Notes: generated from the sequence alone by a model not told the origin. Shown: positions 13,429-29,611, numbered from the stretch's first letter. The stretch: DNA of 64,000 nucleotides from Neocallimastix sp. 'constans' (GCA_050613775.1 JBODTK010000015.1:248001-312000), one strand, 5' to 3'. Numbers and translations are program-made.

Positions 13429-14199
13429 TTTTTTAATTTGAAATTTGTAAAAATCTACAAATAGAAAATATAAAAAATATAAAAAATAAAAAAAAACAGA
13501 AAAAAATAATAATAATAATAATAATAAAAAATATATAAAAATAATTTTATATTATTAATTAAAAAAAAAATATTTATTATATAGAAATAAATATTATATT
13601 ATATATTTTAATATTTATTATTTTATATTTTTTTTTAAATTCATTTTTATTGGCTATAAATCTATTTTTTTTTTTTTTTTTTTTTTTTTATTTTTTATAT
13701 TTTTTATATTTTATTTTATTTAATTTTATAAATTTTATATTTTATTAATCAAAATCTATTACTATTATAATAATATAAAAAAGTATTTCTTTTAGAGTGC
13801 TTTTTTTTTTTTCTTATCTTTTCTTTTCTTTATTTTATTTTATTTTGCTTTTTATTATAAATTTTATAGTAATACATTTTAATTTGACAGAAACAAGTTC
13901 ACTTGTTTTATAATTATTTTTGAAATTAAATTTATCTTTTTTTTTTATTTTAATCAATTTTATTTTAAATTATTATTATTAGTAGTATTAGTATTTAATT
14001 ATATATTAATTTATTATTTAATAATATTAATGCTTTATTATTATTATTATTATTATTATTCTTAATTTTAATTTACACTACATGAAACAATATAATAATT
14101 ATAGCATTACTTTACATTTAAAATTGATAAGAAGGTTTTAATCCGGCAACTTGTAATTATGTTTTGACAAATAAATTATTTAAATATCTTTGAATGCAT

Positions 14200-14495
14200 A
14201 GTGTAACCTTAACAACAAATTTATTTTAAACTAAACTGATAATGATATGAAATGGAAGGCAAGATTACAGGGTTACTCTTGAAAATCACTGAAATAACTT
14301 TAATAATTACATCTATAAAGTCAAAAAACAATTTTATATAATTATGTATTTTTTTTTTTTTTAAATTTATATTTAAGTGTAGCAAAACATACTGGAATAT
14401 TAGTTATATATTGTGATGATACTATTTTCTACATTCTTAAATTTAAATCAAGTTCATATTTACATAAGTCATACCGCTTATTAGGGAGTGTTGCT
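14200..14495 (+). mobile_element. Ty1/copia reverse-transcriptase remnant, heavily deleted
   Basis: KWKARLQGYS* (~14250-14282) resembles copia KARLVAxGxxQ. TGILVIYCDDTIF (~14391-14429) resembles the YVDD motif. A purine tract plus TG follows at ~14483-14492. Confidence 0.55.
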
Positions 14496-15533
14496 TTTTT
14501 TTTTTTTTTTTTTTTTTGCATTGTTTTTTCAATTACAATGAGGAGTTACATGAATAGTGGCGTCATTTATATTTTTGTAATGTGGCGTATTATATTTATA
14601 AATAATTTAATTAATGAAAATTTTTTTTAAAAAAAAGAAAAAAAAAAAACATGGAAAAAAACACTTTTCAAAAACTTTTATTATAATATTTTTATTTATT
14701 TTACTTTTCAAAGAATATTTTTATTTATTTTATTTATTTATTTTGAATATATATATATATATATATATAAAATTTTAAAAAAAAAAAAATTTTTAAAATT
14801 AAAAAGATTTATATATCTTAAAAATATATAAAAGAAAAAAAAATAATATTTTTATATGTTCTAAATGTTGTAATGCTATAATATCTATAGAATTAGTTGA
14901 TATATATTATTTATATTATAAATATGCATTTAATATGAAATAGCTTAATATTAACTATATGTACATTTAAATTATACTGATATTAGTTATACATTTGTGG
15001 TTATATTTTTTCAACTGATTATTCATTTGATATGATATGCAATAAACGTGTATTGTCCTTTATATTGAATAAAATGTAATTATGTGCCTTTGCCAGATAA
15101 TATTTTATATAAATAATAACTTTAGTAGTAATATAAAAACAAATCTAAAGTCATTTTATTGTTAAAATTTTGTCCATATTATATAATATTATTTTGAAGG
15201 ACACATTTTATAAAAAATTAGTATTAAAAAAAATTAATAAAAAAAAAAAACTTTTTTAATTATATCTCTTTATCATATGTATATATAGATACATATTATA
15301 TATAAATATATATATATTTTTTTTATTTTTATTTTTATTTTTTTTTATTTTTTTTTTTTACTAAATGTATTTTAAATAAGAAAAAAGAAGAAAAAGAAAA
15401 AATATATATTAATATTAATTATTATTATATATATAAATATATATACAAAAAAATACGGATAAGCTTAAGATTATAAATTAAAGAATAAGCGATTTGTATT
15501 TAAATTTCAAATAAAAGATTTTAATATTTTGTT

Positions 15534-16777
<1,244 letters not shown>

Positions 16778-16879
16778 TTCTATAATGCTATATAGTTATA
16801 TAATATAATATTTTTCTTTTATTTTTTTTCTTTTTTTTTATTATTTAACAGTAATTTAAAATGAATTTTTATTATAATT

Positions 16880-16905
16880 ATTATTTGACAACAATTAAAT
16901 AAAGA

Positions 16906-16938
<33 letters not shown>

Positions 16939-17038
16939 TGACAGCAATTAAATAAAGTTTTTTTTTTTTCTTTTATTTTATTTTTATTTATTCTTTTTTA
17001 ATTATTATATATTATATATTTTACTATTTATCCTAAGA

Positions 17039-17083
<45 letters not shown>

Positions 17084-17180
17084 TGACAGCAATTAAATAA
17101 AGAATTTTTTTTTTTCTTTTTTTTTTATTTTTATTTATTCTTTTTTAATTATTATATATTTTACTCTTTATCCTATTTTT
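16880..17180. repeat. Local tandem duplications upstream of the EF-hand gene
   Basis: ttattatttgaca(a/g)caattaaataaag occurs three times, and a longer block ending in ttatccta occurs twice. Confidence 0.7.
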
Positions 17181-17705
17181 TATATATAAATATATATATC
17201 ATAAATGTTAAAGTTTTAATGGTAATTTTTTATGTCATTCAAAAAAATCTTAATATTTATTCTTTTTATATTTTATATTAGATTTAAATATAGATAGAAA
17301 ATGACCACATCCATGATATTACAAAAAAAAAAAAACTTTATTATCATCCATTAACTATAGACTTTTACTATACAAACTTTTTTTTTTTTTTAAATAAAAA
17401 AATTATTGTTTAAGTTTTTAAATAAATTATAAATATAGAGATAAATTGATTTGAAAATTTCTAAATAAATTATAAATATAGAGATAGATTGATTTGAAAA
17501 TTTTTTAAAGTTATAAACTAATTAAAGACTTTCTATTTTGTCATCCATAATTTATTAAAAAATATCTATATTTTAAAAAAAAAAAAAAAAATTATATAGA
17601 TTTAAAGTTTTAAAAAATAAAAAATTAGGATAGTTTTAGATATTTACATAAATATCCTTTTTATTATATTATTTTTAAAAATGAAACAATTGACATTTTA
17701 TTATA

Positions 17706-17739
<34 letters not shown>

Positions 17740-17975
17740 TTTGCTGTTTAATAATAAATTTGTACAAAAATAAAAAAATAAATAAAATAAAATAAAATAA
17801 AATTAGTATTATTATAAGTTTAATGCTTTTTTTTTTTTTTTTTCTATATAAATTATTAATATTAAAAGGAGCTGATAAAACTTTAAATTTTTTTTATAGT
17901 ATTTTAGCTTTAATAACAATCATTTAAGGTTCAAAATAGCTTTTATTAAACATTATATCATTATTTAGTTTTTCA

Positions 17976-18007
<32 letters not shown>

Positions 18008-18052
18008 ATAAAATAATTAGTTAAACTGTCATTAAAAAATGATGTTAATTAA

Positions 18053-18262
18053 AAATTTGAATTTGATTATTATTTAATCATTTAATAAAAATTTAATAAT
18101 TTTTTTTTTATTAAATAATATAAAGGTTTAACTTTCTATAATTCTTAATTAATATTACCCTTCAATTAAAAAATTTATAGTTTTATTAAATGATTAAATA
18201 ATAATCAAATTCAAAATTTATAGTTTAACTAAAAATTATACAAAGTTAAACCTTTATATTAT
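18053..18262. repeat. Fold-back with two interleaved inverted-repeat pairs
   Basis: gaatttgattattatttaatcatttaataaaa (~18059-18090) is the reverse complement of ~18181-18212. taatataaaggtttaacttt (~18116-18135) matches the reverse complement of ~18242-18261. Confidence 0.75.
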
Positions 18263-19082
18263 GTAAATTACTTTCATCCACAAAATATAATTTATTTTAT
18301 TATTTATTATGGCTTATGTTTTGTAGTAATAATAAATATATTTTTATATATATAAATAAATATAAATAATATTTTATTTTTTTAATGAATTATTTTTAAA
18401 GATATTGTAAAAAAAAAAATTTTTTTTTTATTTATTTATTATTTTTTTTTTTTTAAATTTAATTAGTTCTAGCTAAGGATGATGTGTTAAAAGGCTACTG
18501 AAATAAAAAAAAAAAAATTTATAATTGTACCTTTCTATATAAAAATTTTAAATATATAATAATATATTATATGCCTTTAATTATAATTCATTGTAGAAAT
18601 TAAAGAAAATATAAAGTATAATTTATTAGTTGTTTAATGATAATGCCGAAAATGTATGTTAAAATTAGTAAACTTTTTTTATATATCATTATTATTAACA
18701 TAATTTAAAAGATAATTAAAGTATTAATATAAAATAATTTAATTATAGGAATGTATAAAATCAATAAAATAATAAATATATATATATATATATAATTCTC
18801 TTTCAAGATTATTTAAAATTTAAATTACTAGTATTATTTTTGAAAATTAAAAATAAAAAAAAGGTTAAAAAAAAAATTAAGGTAATTTTTTTAACAGTAT
18901 TATATACAAATGTTTTTTTATGTATTATAAAACATTTCAAAATCATTATTATTTATCCTTGAAAAAAAAAATATTTTTTATTTTTTAATTTTTAATTTTT
19001 TTTCTTTTTTTTTTTTTTTTTTTTTTTGTATGTTATTTTTGATGTATAAATAAAATAATGAGAAGAGTTTTATAAAATAAAA

Positions 19083-19131
<49 letters not shown>

Positions 19132-19729
19132 ATGAAATAAAAGTTAATTAAAAGTAAATCTCATTTAATATGGATCATACACCAAAGATCAAAAATCAAA
19201 TTAAAATTTTATATTCTTATTTTTTAAATTAAATTATTTATATTATATTATATTTATAATGTATTATATTATATATATAACATAGGGTATATTTAATTTT
19301 ATCATTCTTAATATAATAAAAATATTATATTGTCATTTTAAAATTATTTTATTTTTTATTTTTATTTTTTTTTATTTAAAAATGTTTCTTTTTTTTTTTT
19401 TAATATTATTTTGTATTATAAAAAAAAGAAAAGATTGTTTGAATTCAGCTCTTTTAAAAGCTTTATTTTTTAAAAAAAAAGGAAATAAATCATAAGACAT
19501 TTATTTATTTATCATTTTTTTTAATTATATTTTGATTTTAAATTTTATTTTGATTTTAAATTGTATTTTTAGTTGATTATGTATGTTTAATTATTTTAGT
19601 AAGTTTAAAAAAAAAATAATAATGAAAAAAAAAATCTTTTTTTTTCTATTTTATTCAATTGTACTTTATTTAAATATTTAACGTACGATGATTTAGTAAA
19701 TTATGTATTTTAGTAGATGTACTATAATC

Positions 19730-20064
19730 CATGCTTCTGAATAAAGTGATTGATTCGACTGAAATCGATGTTTATTATTATTAATATTGGAAGTACTTGG
19801 CGATTGTGACCTATTTATTCAATGTTATACATCTGAATGGGTCCTATAACATACCAGTTTACAGTTAATGCTCCATCTAAGGATACAGTTATTATACTAC
19901 TAGCAGATGTAAGTTTTTTTTTTTTTTTTATGGAATAAAAGGATAAATTTTTATTAAATTTTATAATGGTATGGAAAAATCATTCTGGGCTTGTAAAATA
20001 TGATTGTATCAACGATAATGAACTGTGGATGCATTGTACTGATGACATCTATATTTCTTACTAA
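19730..20064 (+). pseudogene. Possible decayed gene fragment of unknown family
   Basis: GC-richer island with coding-like frames (MGPITYQFTVNAPSKDTVIILLAD, a gtaag donor at 19909, then DKFLLNFIMVWKNHSGLVKYDCINDNELWMHCTDDIYISY*). In-frame TGA stops lie upstream. Confidence 0.25.
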
Positions 20065-21128
20065 GGGATAATTATAAAATAAAATAAAAAAAAAAAAAAA
20101 TTTGTAATTATAAATGAAGAAAGTATAATATATATTGAATATCATTTATATATTATATTTATTAAAAAAATATACTTGAAAAACATTATTAATGCCACAA
20201 ATAATATTATATATAAACATATAAAATAATTAATTATATTATTATTTGAAATTAAAAAATAATATATATAAATAATAAATGAAAGCAAAAATAGAATTAA
20301 AAATTGTTTAATTAAACTTTTATTTATTAAAATAAAATTAAGGTAATTAACAATTTACAAAATTTATGAAAAATACATGAGTTTATATACAAATTATGGC
20401 TTGTATCAAAATATAATGAAGTTTATTACAATGAAATTAAATAATGAAATATTATAAAACGAAAAATATAATATATATATATTTTTAATATATTTAAATA
20501 ATATATATCAAAAATCTTTATTAACTAAAAAATATAATAAAGTCATATTTTTTTTAAAAAAAAAAAAATTAAATTAAAAATAATCCTTAAAAGAAAAAAG
20601 AAATAATAGAAATAATATTAAATTTAAATAATAAATAATAATTAATAATTAATAAATAATAAATAATAAATAATCATTAATAGCAAATAATAATAATAAT
20701 AATAAACTATATTCAATAATATAATAAGTTAGTATATATCATTTATATATAAAAAAAAAAAATTATAAATTATTTGGGAGAGTTGCATTTCGCCAAGTGG
20801 CGTATTAAATAAATGAATTAATAAATAAATAAACCTTCAAAATAATTCTTTTTTTAAAACTTTTTTGTTTTTTTTTTTTTTTTATAATATTTATTTAATA
20901 AAAATTTGTATTACATGAAAAATTTCATTTCAATATATTAAAAAAAAAAATAATAATAATAATAAAAATAAAAAATAAAAAATTAAAAAAAAATTAAAAT
21001 AATAAATATATATAATATAATTATGTATTTCATTTCATACTTACTATAGGAATAAAAATAATAAAAGGGAATAATAATATTTAATATGTAATATCGAAAT
21101 AAAAGGAAAAAATAATGTATTACATTCT

Positions 21129-21159
<31 letters not shown>

Positions 21160-21231
21160 ATAATTTTACTATTGATTTAAAAAAACAAAAAAAAAAATTC
21201 TTTTTTATGAATTTATATATAATTATTTTAG

Positions 21232-23006
21232 TTAATGAAGTTGAATTAATTTTAACTTTTGAAAATTTAATAATTCTCTTACAATGGCATTGAAATTCAA
21301 CTTAATGGCCAATTTTAAGGGAGTTATATCATTTGAATTACTATTAATGTTGGCATCGTAATTAATTAGTAATCTTACGACTTCGATTTTATTTTGTTCA
21401 ATAGCGTATAACAGTGGCGTTTTATTTTCCTTATTAATATAATTAACATTTGCATCAAGGGAAAGTAACGTTTGTATTAGTTTTGTATTGGAAATTAAAT
21501 ATTTTAAAGCATAAATTAGTGGCGTATCTCCATTTTCATCGGTAATATTAACATTAAAATTTTTAGCTTTACCAATAATTTTTATACCCTCAATATTATT
21601 ACTATTATATTTTAATAAATAAAATAGAGGTGCTAAATTATCAGGAGGATATGGGTTGTTTATTTCTAGTTCAGGCAAAAGTAATTCAAGAATAGCGTTA
21701 TTTCGATGGAATGAATTTTTTAATATATATGAAATAGTCGTTTCTCCCATTTTATCTGGTTTAATAAGATCCGGTTTATATTTCAGTAATTCTTTAATAC
21801 TTTCAACTTTTTCATATTTAATTGACATGAAAAGAGGGGTGGAATCATCGAAACATGTCTCATTAATATCAAAATGATACTCCTTTATTAAAATATTAAT
21901 AAGTTTTGTATTTTCTTTGATACATGCGAAATGTAATTCAGTAAAATTTTCAATAAATTTATTATTAATTTGTTTGTTTTCAATGGACTGATTACCTTTT
22001 AATGGACTTTTAATGAATGTGTTATCAACACCTTTATTGCTAGCTAACTCACCTATTAATTCATTATCAATACTGGAATTATCCAGTAATATATTTTCTG
22101 TTAATGAACTATCGGATAATGAAATACCATTTGTTATTAAGTTTTCAATTAATGAATTATCAAATAAAGAATTATTCGTGAAAGGATTATAAGTTAAAGA
22201 AAAATTTTCTGTTAGTGGGCTATCATCATTGGATTTATTATTATTAATATTATTATTTGAATAATCATTTATCCAATTTTCTGTTAATAAACTATCATTA
22301 TTTGAATTATTATCTATTGAATTTTCAGTTAGTTGATTACTATTATTATTTAAATTATTATTAGTTGAATTGCTGTCAATAGGATTTTCTTTTAATATAT
22401 TTTCATTATTGGAATTTTCATTATTAGAATTTTCATTTTTGGAATTTTCATTATTGGAATTTTCATTATTGGAATTTTCATTATTGGTATTTTCACTATT
22501 GGAATTATTATTTATTAATTTTTTGGTTAATAGATTATTTTCTTCCAAATTATCATCATTTGAATCATCATTAATTGAAAATTTTTTGAAGGAATTAATC
22601 AAGGCTTTTAGATATAAAGTTTCATTAAATAAATCATCATTTAAATCATTTTCTTTAAAACTTGTACTATTGTCTGAAATTCGACTTTTTATTTCATCAT
22701 TATTATTAATTGATAATTCGTTTTCAATGTCATTATTTTTATTAACAATTTTTTCATTTTCAATGTCATTACTTTTATTAACTTGTATTTCATTTTCAAT
22801 GTCATTATTTTTATTAACTTGTATTTCATTTTCAATATCATTATTTTTATTAACTTGTATTTCATTTTCTATTTCAACATTGTCATTATAATCACCTTTA
22901 TTATCATCATAATCATAATCATTATTAAATTGTGTATTTTTAATACTATTTCTATTATTTTTTTTATTTGTATCATCAATATTACTATTTTTTATATTAC
23001 TATTAC

Positions 23007-23093
<87 letters not shown>

Positions 23094-25666
23094 CATCATT
23101 GTAATTAATATCATTTTTATGTCTATTATAATAATTATTATTATAATTAATGTTAGAACTATTAGTATTATTTTTATAATTGTTACTGAAACTATCAATA
23201 TCCTTATAATTGACATAATATTTGTAATTATTATTATCATAACTCTTAAAACTATTCATAGTCCTATTTTCTAAACTATCTAAATTATTACTACAACTGT
23301 TAACATCATCTTCACGATCATTAATATAATTAATATAGGTATTTATATTAGTATTTTTATACAAGTTACTATCATAAATATTAGTTCTAAAATTATTATT
23401 ATTCACATTAGAGTAATAATTATTTAATGCAATAATTAATTCCCGACGATCAAAATTAATACTATTTAAATATAATGCATACATTATGGGGGTCTGACCT
23501 TTACGATTTTTTTTAGTGGTATCAGCTTTATACTTATAAATCAAATTATTCATAAGACTAATATTATTAAATTTAATGGAATAAAATAGAGGGGTGAAGC
23601 CGTTTTTATCAGTTTCTTCAATAGAATCAAGATGGCAATCTAAAAGTTTATAGGAAAGAATTATTTTATTTTTAATAATACAATAAATCACCGGATTAGT
23701 AATATGAACTTTTTGCTTCATATCATTCAATATATAAAAGCCATGATGGACAAGAGAACGAAGTAAACCTTGGTTCTTTTCAATCAACGGAATCGTAGTA
23801 TTCCAATATTTAAAATACTTTGAATCCATGCAAGCCCCCTTTTCAAATAAAATATTATAAATTTCTTCATCTTCAACGTAATTTTTAATGAAAAGACTCA
23901 TCAATGTTTCATTGTCATAAATTCGATCAACATCAATGGGTAATCTTTTTAAAATAATCTTGACATACTCCATTTGTTGATTTCTTAGAGCAAGTAATAA
24001 AGGACTTTTTCCTTTAAAATTGTGGGGGAGAGAGGCACCATGATCAATTAACATATTAAATAGTTCAGTATTGGTAGCAGGATATCTATTACAAATCATG
24101 GAAAGTATTGGAGTTTTCTGGTTAGTGTCAGGTATATTAACATCAATAGCTTCGGATATATTTAATAATACTTTTGCTATTTCATATTTCTCATACTTTA
24201 TGGCAACCATTAAGGAAGTTTCCTGATTAATATTACTTCTTGAATTTATATCATAATTAAGAGAGACTAAATTTTTAATAAGTTCAAAATTTTCATTAAT
24301 ACATGCTTCATGGAGCGGTTTATAACTAATTTTATTATATAAAGATAAATTTTTAATGGCATCAGTAATGACACTATTTATAATTTCATCACTTGACCAT
24401 TTATTCATCTTAGTCATAACCGTGAAATTGCCTGTCTTGAATGAATAGGCGATAACAGAGCGTAAGATTGAATCAATTATTACTGGAGAGACTTGCCCTA
24501 GAAATAATGTTTCCTTTTCTTTGATTTTATCAAGTAAATAATTCAAAATATGATTATCTTGATAATTACAGGCATGGTTTAGAGTCAGGAAACATAATTC
24601 ATTATAAATATATTCTGGCTTACTTATAACAAAAGTTTTTATTAAATCATAAAATTTATTTTTAACTAATAATTCTATGGAATTTTTATTTATCTTATTC
24701 ATATCAAAATATTTACTTTGAACTATTTCTATTAATATCTTTATTTTTTGATCTTTACTATCATTATTATAATTGCTATTACTATTACTATTACTATTAC
24801 TATTACTATTACTATTACTATTACTATTACTATTACTAGAACTAGAACCAGAACTATTATTATTACTATGATTATTACTATTACTATAAATAACCTCATA
24901 TAAAATAAAATCAAAAAAAGAAATAACTATTTTTTCTGTTTGGGATTCTTTTGACTTAAAAAATTTTAAAAAATTTTCGTTAATAGTATCATTAATACTA
25001 AATATTAAATTTTCTTTTTCTGAATATAAATTAACGTTAATATCATATCCTTTACTAAGAAGGAATTTTATATTATTCACATTTAAATTATTAATTAACG
25101 AAATACGTAATAAATTTCCATCTTTATTAAAAAAATTTATATTTGCACCTTTTTCAATTAATAAATTAGCGACTTCAAGATTATTATGACTAATGGCTAA
25201 AAAAACAGGTACATAGAGATAACAGTAACAATAATTTAAATTACTGTAAAATTTAAGACAAAATTCAATGAATTCCAGAGATGTATTATTATCAATAGCA
25301 TCTAATAATAGATCATAAGGAATTAAATGAAAATGAATAATACTAAAAGAATTAGTATTTATGAAATTTATGAAACTAAATAAATCTTTTTTTCTTACAA
25401 AATTTGTAACCATTGAAGTTAAATAGTATTCCATCTCAAATTTATGAATAAAATTAATATTTCCATTATATATTAAAGAATTATAAATAGACTTTACATT
25501 TTCCTTAAATAATCTTTTAAAAAATAATAAATAATTAGTATGTATTACATATTATATTAAATAAAAAAAGTTATATATTGTTAGTTTACCTTGAAAAGTT
25601 AGAAAAGTTATAATTCTTTTCTAGATCAAATAAAATATGATTAAAAGGAATAATAAAATTGGACAT
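21232..25666 (-). CDS. Large ankyrin-repeat protein, ~1452 aa, 2 exons
   Basis: The 1400-aa ORF extends in frame through exon 25666-25590 and intron 25589-25514 (GT..tactaat..AG). Many ankyrin motifs (KPLHEAC, GFTPLFYSI, GDTPLIYAL, KTPLLYAI) lie in two blocks separated by an Asn-rich linker. Confidence 0.9.
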
Positions 25667-27552
25667 TTTCTTTTCTTATTTTTTTTTTTTTTTTAACTTT
25701 TAAAAATTTATAAAATAATTACAATAATACAAAATTAAAATTAAAATATATACATATCTTTGAGATAGCATAAAATTTATTTATATATAACTATATATTT
25801 ATATTTTTTTTTCTTTTTTGAATAAAGAGTTCTTTTTTCTTATAAAAAAAAAAAAAAAAAAATGAAGAAAAATGAAAAATTAATTTATGTTTAAAAAAAT
25901 ACAAATTTTAATTAAATATTAAAAAATTAAATTAAAAATTGATTTATTGGACAAAAAAAAAATTAATTAAAAAAATTTAAAATTTATTTTAGTATTGAAT
26001 ATGGTGTAGTATTGTGTAAAAGAGTAAACTAAAAAAAGTTAATGAACACTGTAGTAAAAAAAAAATAATAATAATAATTATAACAATAATAATAATAAAA
26101 TAATAATTGTTAGTTTTCTTTTATTATTAAAAATACATATTCATAAATGATTATTTATATATTTTTTATTTCAAAATTTTTATAATGAATATTCAATAAT
26201 TCAATATTATAATATAAACTGTTAAATATATATATATAATATATAAATATTATATAATAGTCTGCACTTTAATAGCCTATATTTATAATATAGACTTTTA
26301 AAATATAGATCATTAAATAAAGATTTTTTATATTTATTAATTATTATTTTTTTTTTAAATAATTAATATCATAAATGTAATAGTAAAAGAAAATTTATAT
26401 CTTTATATATTATTATTATATATTATAATTATATAATAATAATTATTTTTTATTTAAAAGTTTTATTTTTTAAAAGTTATAAAGCCTTAAAATGATAATG
26501 TCATTATAAAAAGATTATGTCACATTTTTAAAATTGTATAAAGTTCCTTCACAAATAATAAAAATAAGCATGTATTAATCACTTAAATTATTATTTTTAA
26601 AATTTAATAAAATACTTTAAAAACTTAAATATACATATTTCATTTCATATTTCTTATGCATTGCATTTATATATATATATATATTTATTCTTGTAATATT
26701 AAAAAAAAATTTGTTTTGATAATAAAATATAAACATATATGTATAAATATAAAAATATAAATATTAAAATATAAATATTGATAAATATTATTATATAGAT
26801 ATTATTATTATATAAATATTATTATATAAATATTTTTCTAAATATAATTTTTTATGGTGTATTTATATGTATTGTACATTTCTATTTAAATATTTAATAA
26901 ATCAAAAAATGGAAAATTAAATAATTAAATAATTAAATATATTATTAAATAAATGCATCAAAATATATAAAAATATTTAAATATATATTTTATTTTTCTA
27001 AATAAAAAAAAAAAAAAAAAAAAAAACATTAAAATTAATAATATTAAAAACTTGTCTCCAAATTCAAAAACCAAAAAAATAAAAATTTTTATTTAATAAA
27101 ATATAAAAATTAAATAATAATCTAAATAATAATAATAATAATAATAATAATATAAAAGTGAATAAATTAGTAAAAAATAAAAGATAATACTGATTAAGAA
27201 AATTATTATTAATATTAATCTCTTCAGGTAAAATCTGTTTTCATATAATATTTTCTGATTTTCTTTTTTTATATTTTATCAGAATAAAAATTTGTAAATT
27301 ATATAATTATTTTTGTTATAAAATTTTTTTATACATTTTATAATAATAGTACTTTATTTCTAATTATAATATTAAGTTTATATTTATTCTACAACTATAG
27401 AAATTAACTTTTTAAAATGAGGCCAAAATTATATAGTATTAGTAAAAATATATAATATAAATAAATATTATGGAACATAAAAATATTATTTTTTTTATTT
27501 TTTAATTCTTTAATATTTTCAATATGTTATTAATTTTAAATAAATTTATAAT

Positions 27553-27620
27553 AGAGATTTCTTTCTTTCTTTATTAATTTTAATTAATAAATTAATAATA
27601 AAGAAAGAAAGAAATCTCTC
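27553..27620. repeat. Near-perfect hairpin
   Basis: gagatttctttctttctttatta ... taataaagaaagaaagaaatctc. Confidence 0.8.
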
Positions 27621-27725
27621 AAGAGGTATTCTGATATATCTTTTATATATATATAAACTAAAACTTAACTTTATAACTTCTCTACGTATATGATCAACTG
27701 CTTATTTCTATATTTTATTAATATA

Positions 27726-27791
<66 letters not shown>

Positions 27792-28913
27792 TTCTCCACA
27801 TATATGATCAAATGATAATTTCCATATTTTATTAAAATAAAAAAAATAATAATAGTCCATAACCAACATGAATGAAATTCTTAATTTATAATCAATAGTT
27901 ATTCTTTAATAATTAAAAAAAATAAAAAAAAATTCATTTCTAATTAATAATTATTGTATTTAATAAAATTTTTTAAATTTTTAAAATTTTATTATATATA
28001 TATATATATGAATATGGTCCAAAACGCCAATTTTTTTTTTTTTTTTTTGAAATTTTAATAAGCCATCTATTTATTTGTGGCTTTTAAAATTTATATTATA
28101 ACGCCATAAAATTTAATATAATTTTAAGTAAAAAAGAAATAAATGTATAAATAAATAAGTAAATAAATAAATAAATAAAAATTAAAAAGGTCAATAAAAA
28201 ATAAAATATTTTTATTTAATTTTTTTTTTTGACAATCATGTTATAAGGAAAATAATAAATAAATAATTATTTTCCTTATAACCTTATTTTTATATATTTT
28301 ATTATTAATATTTATATTATATTTTTATATTTTATATTTTATTATTGATATTATATTTTTATATTTTTCTATTAATATTATATTTTTATATTTTTAAATT
28401 TTTATATTTATTATTAATATCAATATAATATTTTTATATTTTATTATTAAAAAATTATATTTTATAAATTAATATTTAAATTCATATTATTTAAAATATT
28501 AATTTTTTATATTATAACTAAAACTTTAGTTGTTATTATAACATCTTAATAATAGAATTAAACCTTTTATTTTATATATAATTTATAAATAAAATATTAA
28601 ATAATAATAAAAATTACAAAATAATATTTTTATAAGACTTAAATTATAACTGTAAATTGAAATTTCAAAAATTAAAATTTGTTGTTCACATTTCAATTAC
28701 TATTCATATATTACCGCAACCGTATTGTAGAGATATATAAATAGGTTTTTTACACATATGAATTCACATGTCTATCCCATATTATATATATGGGCTTGTA
28801 AAGAACATATATACTTTGGTATATATATCTTATACTATATCAGTACGACGTCGGCGCTCCAAATTCCTAAGCAGAGGTAGCTCCAGTAGACATGTCTTGC
28901 CAAATAACATACG

Positions 28914-28978
28914 TGCCATCCTATAGAAATTGAACTCGTAACCCTCTCAGTATAGGCTATACAACTACACTAGGATGC
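28914..28978 (-). other. Degenerate tRNA-like sequence (possible SINE head) inside the MULE
   Basis: GCATCCTAGTGTAGTTG...GAGTTCAATTTCTATAGGATGGCA has CATCCTA/TAGGATG end pairing, an A-box-like TAGTGTAGTTG and a B-box-like GAGTTCAATT. The internal arms do not form a proper cloverleaf. Confidence 0.25.
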
Positions 28979-29611
28979 TATGGGTGATCAAATATAGAAA
29001 TTAAATACGTGGCAATCCAATAATGGTAGGAGCGGAATTAATACTTACCTGAAATTGTGCCATTATAACCCCTTTACCCTTTCTCCAAACCCTATCGGGA
29101 AAATCAGATCAAGAATAGATACCAGCAGGGGTTGGCTGGACACCAGATGATTATTAAGTCTGCCACATAACAACCAGTAGAAAGCACAGTTCTACTTTAT
29201 AGGCTAAAAAATGCTATATATATTTGTTGTTTTAAAAAGACTTAAAAGTTAATAATTTAATTATATAATAATATAAATAAAATAAATAATTAATTCATAA
29301 ATTCTTTATTAGTATATATTAAAAAAAATAATTAATATTAATTTAGAATAAATAAATAATTAAATTTTTTTATATACATTAAATAAATAATTTATTTTTA
29401 AATAATAAAAATAAAAATATTTTCATATATATTTTATATATCTGTTTTTTTTAAAATTATTAAAAAAAAAAAGAAATAATTAAAATACTATTTATCTTTT
29501 ATAAAAAATTGAATATTTAATTGTTCAGAATTAATATTAAAAAATAATATTTAGATAATTAATATAATAATGTAAAAGATATAATTAAAAAATATATATT
29601 AAAATTTATAA

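Noticed and set aside
19741..19860. TGA read-through or selenoprotein in the orphan island
   Set aside because: No recognisable selenoprotein motif or SECIS element; decay is the simpler explanation.
22370..23274. Antisense and alternative-frame ORFs (poly-Ile, LLEFS repeats) within the ankyrin gene
   Set aside because: They are shadows of Asn-codon microsatellites on the coding strand.
29041..29200. ATACTTACCTG, identical to the U1 snRNA 5' end, with a downstream GATCAAGAA
   Set aside because: The spacing to the loop-I-like motif is wrong, and there is no U1A loop (ATTGCAC) or convincing Sm site with terminal stem. It is equally explained as a minus-strand splice donor.
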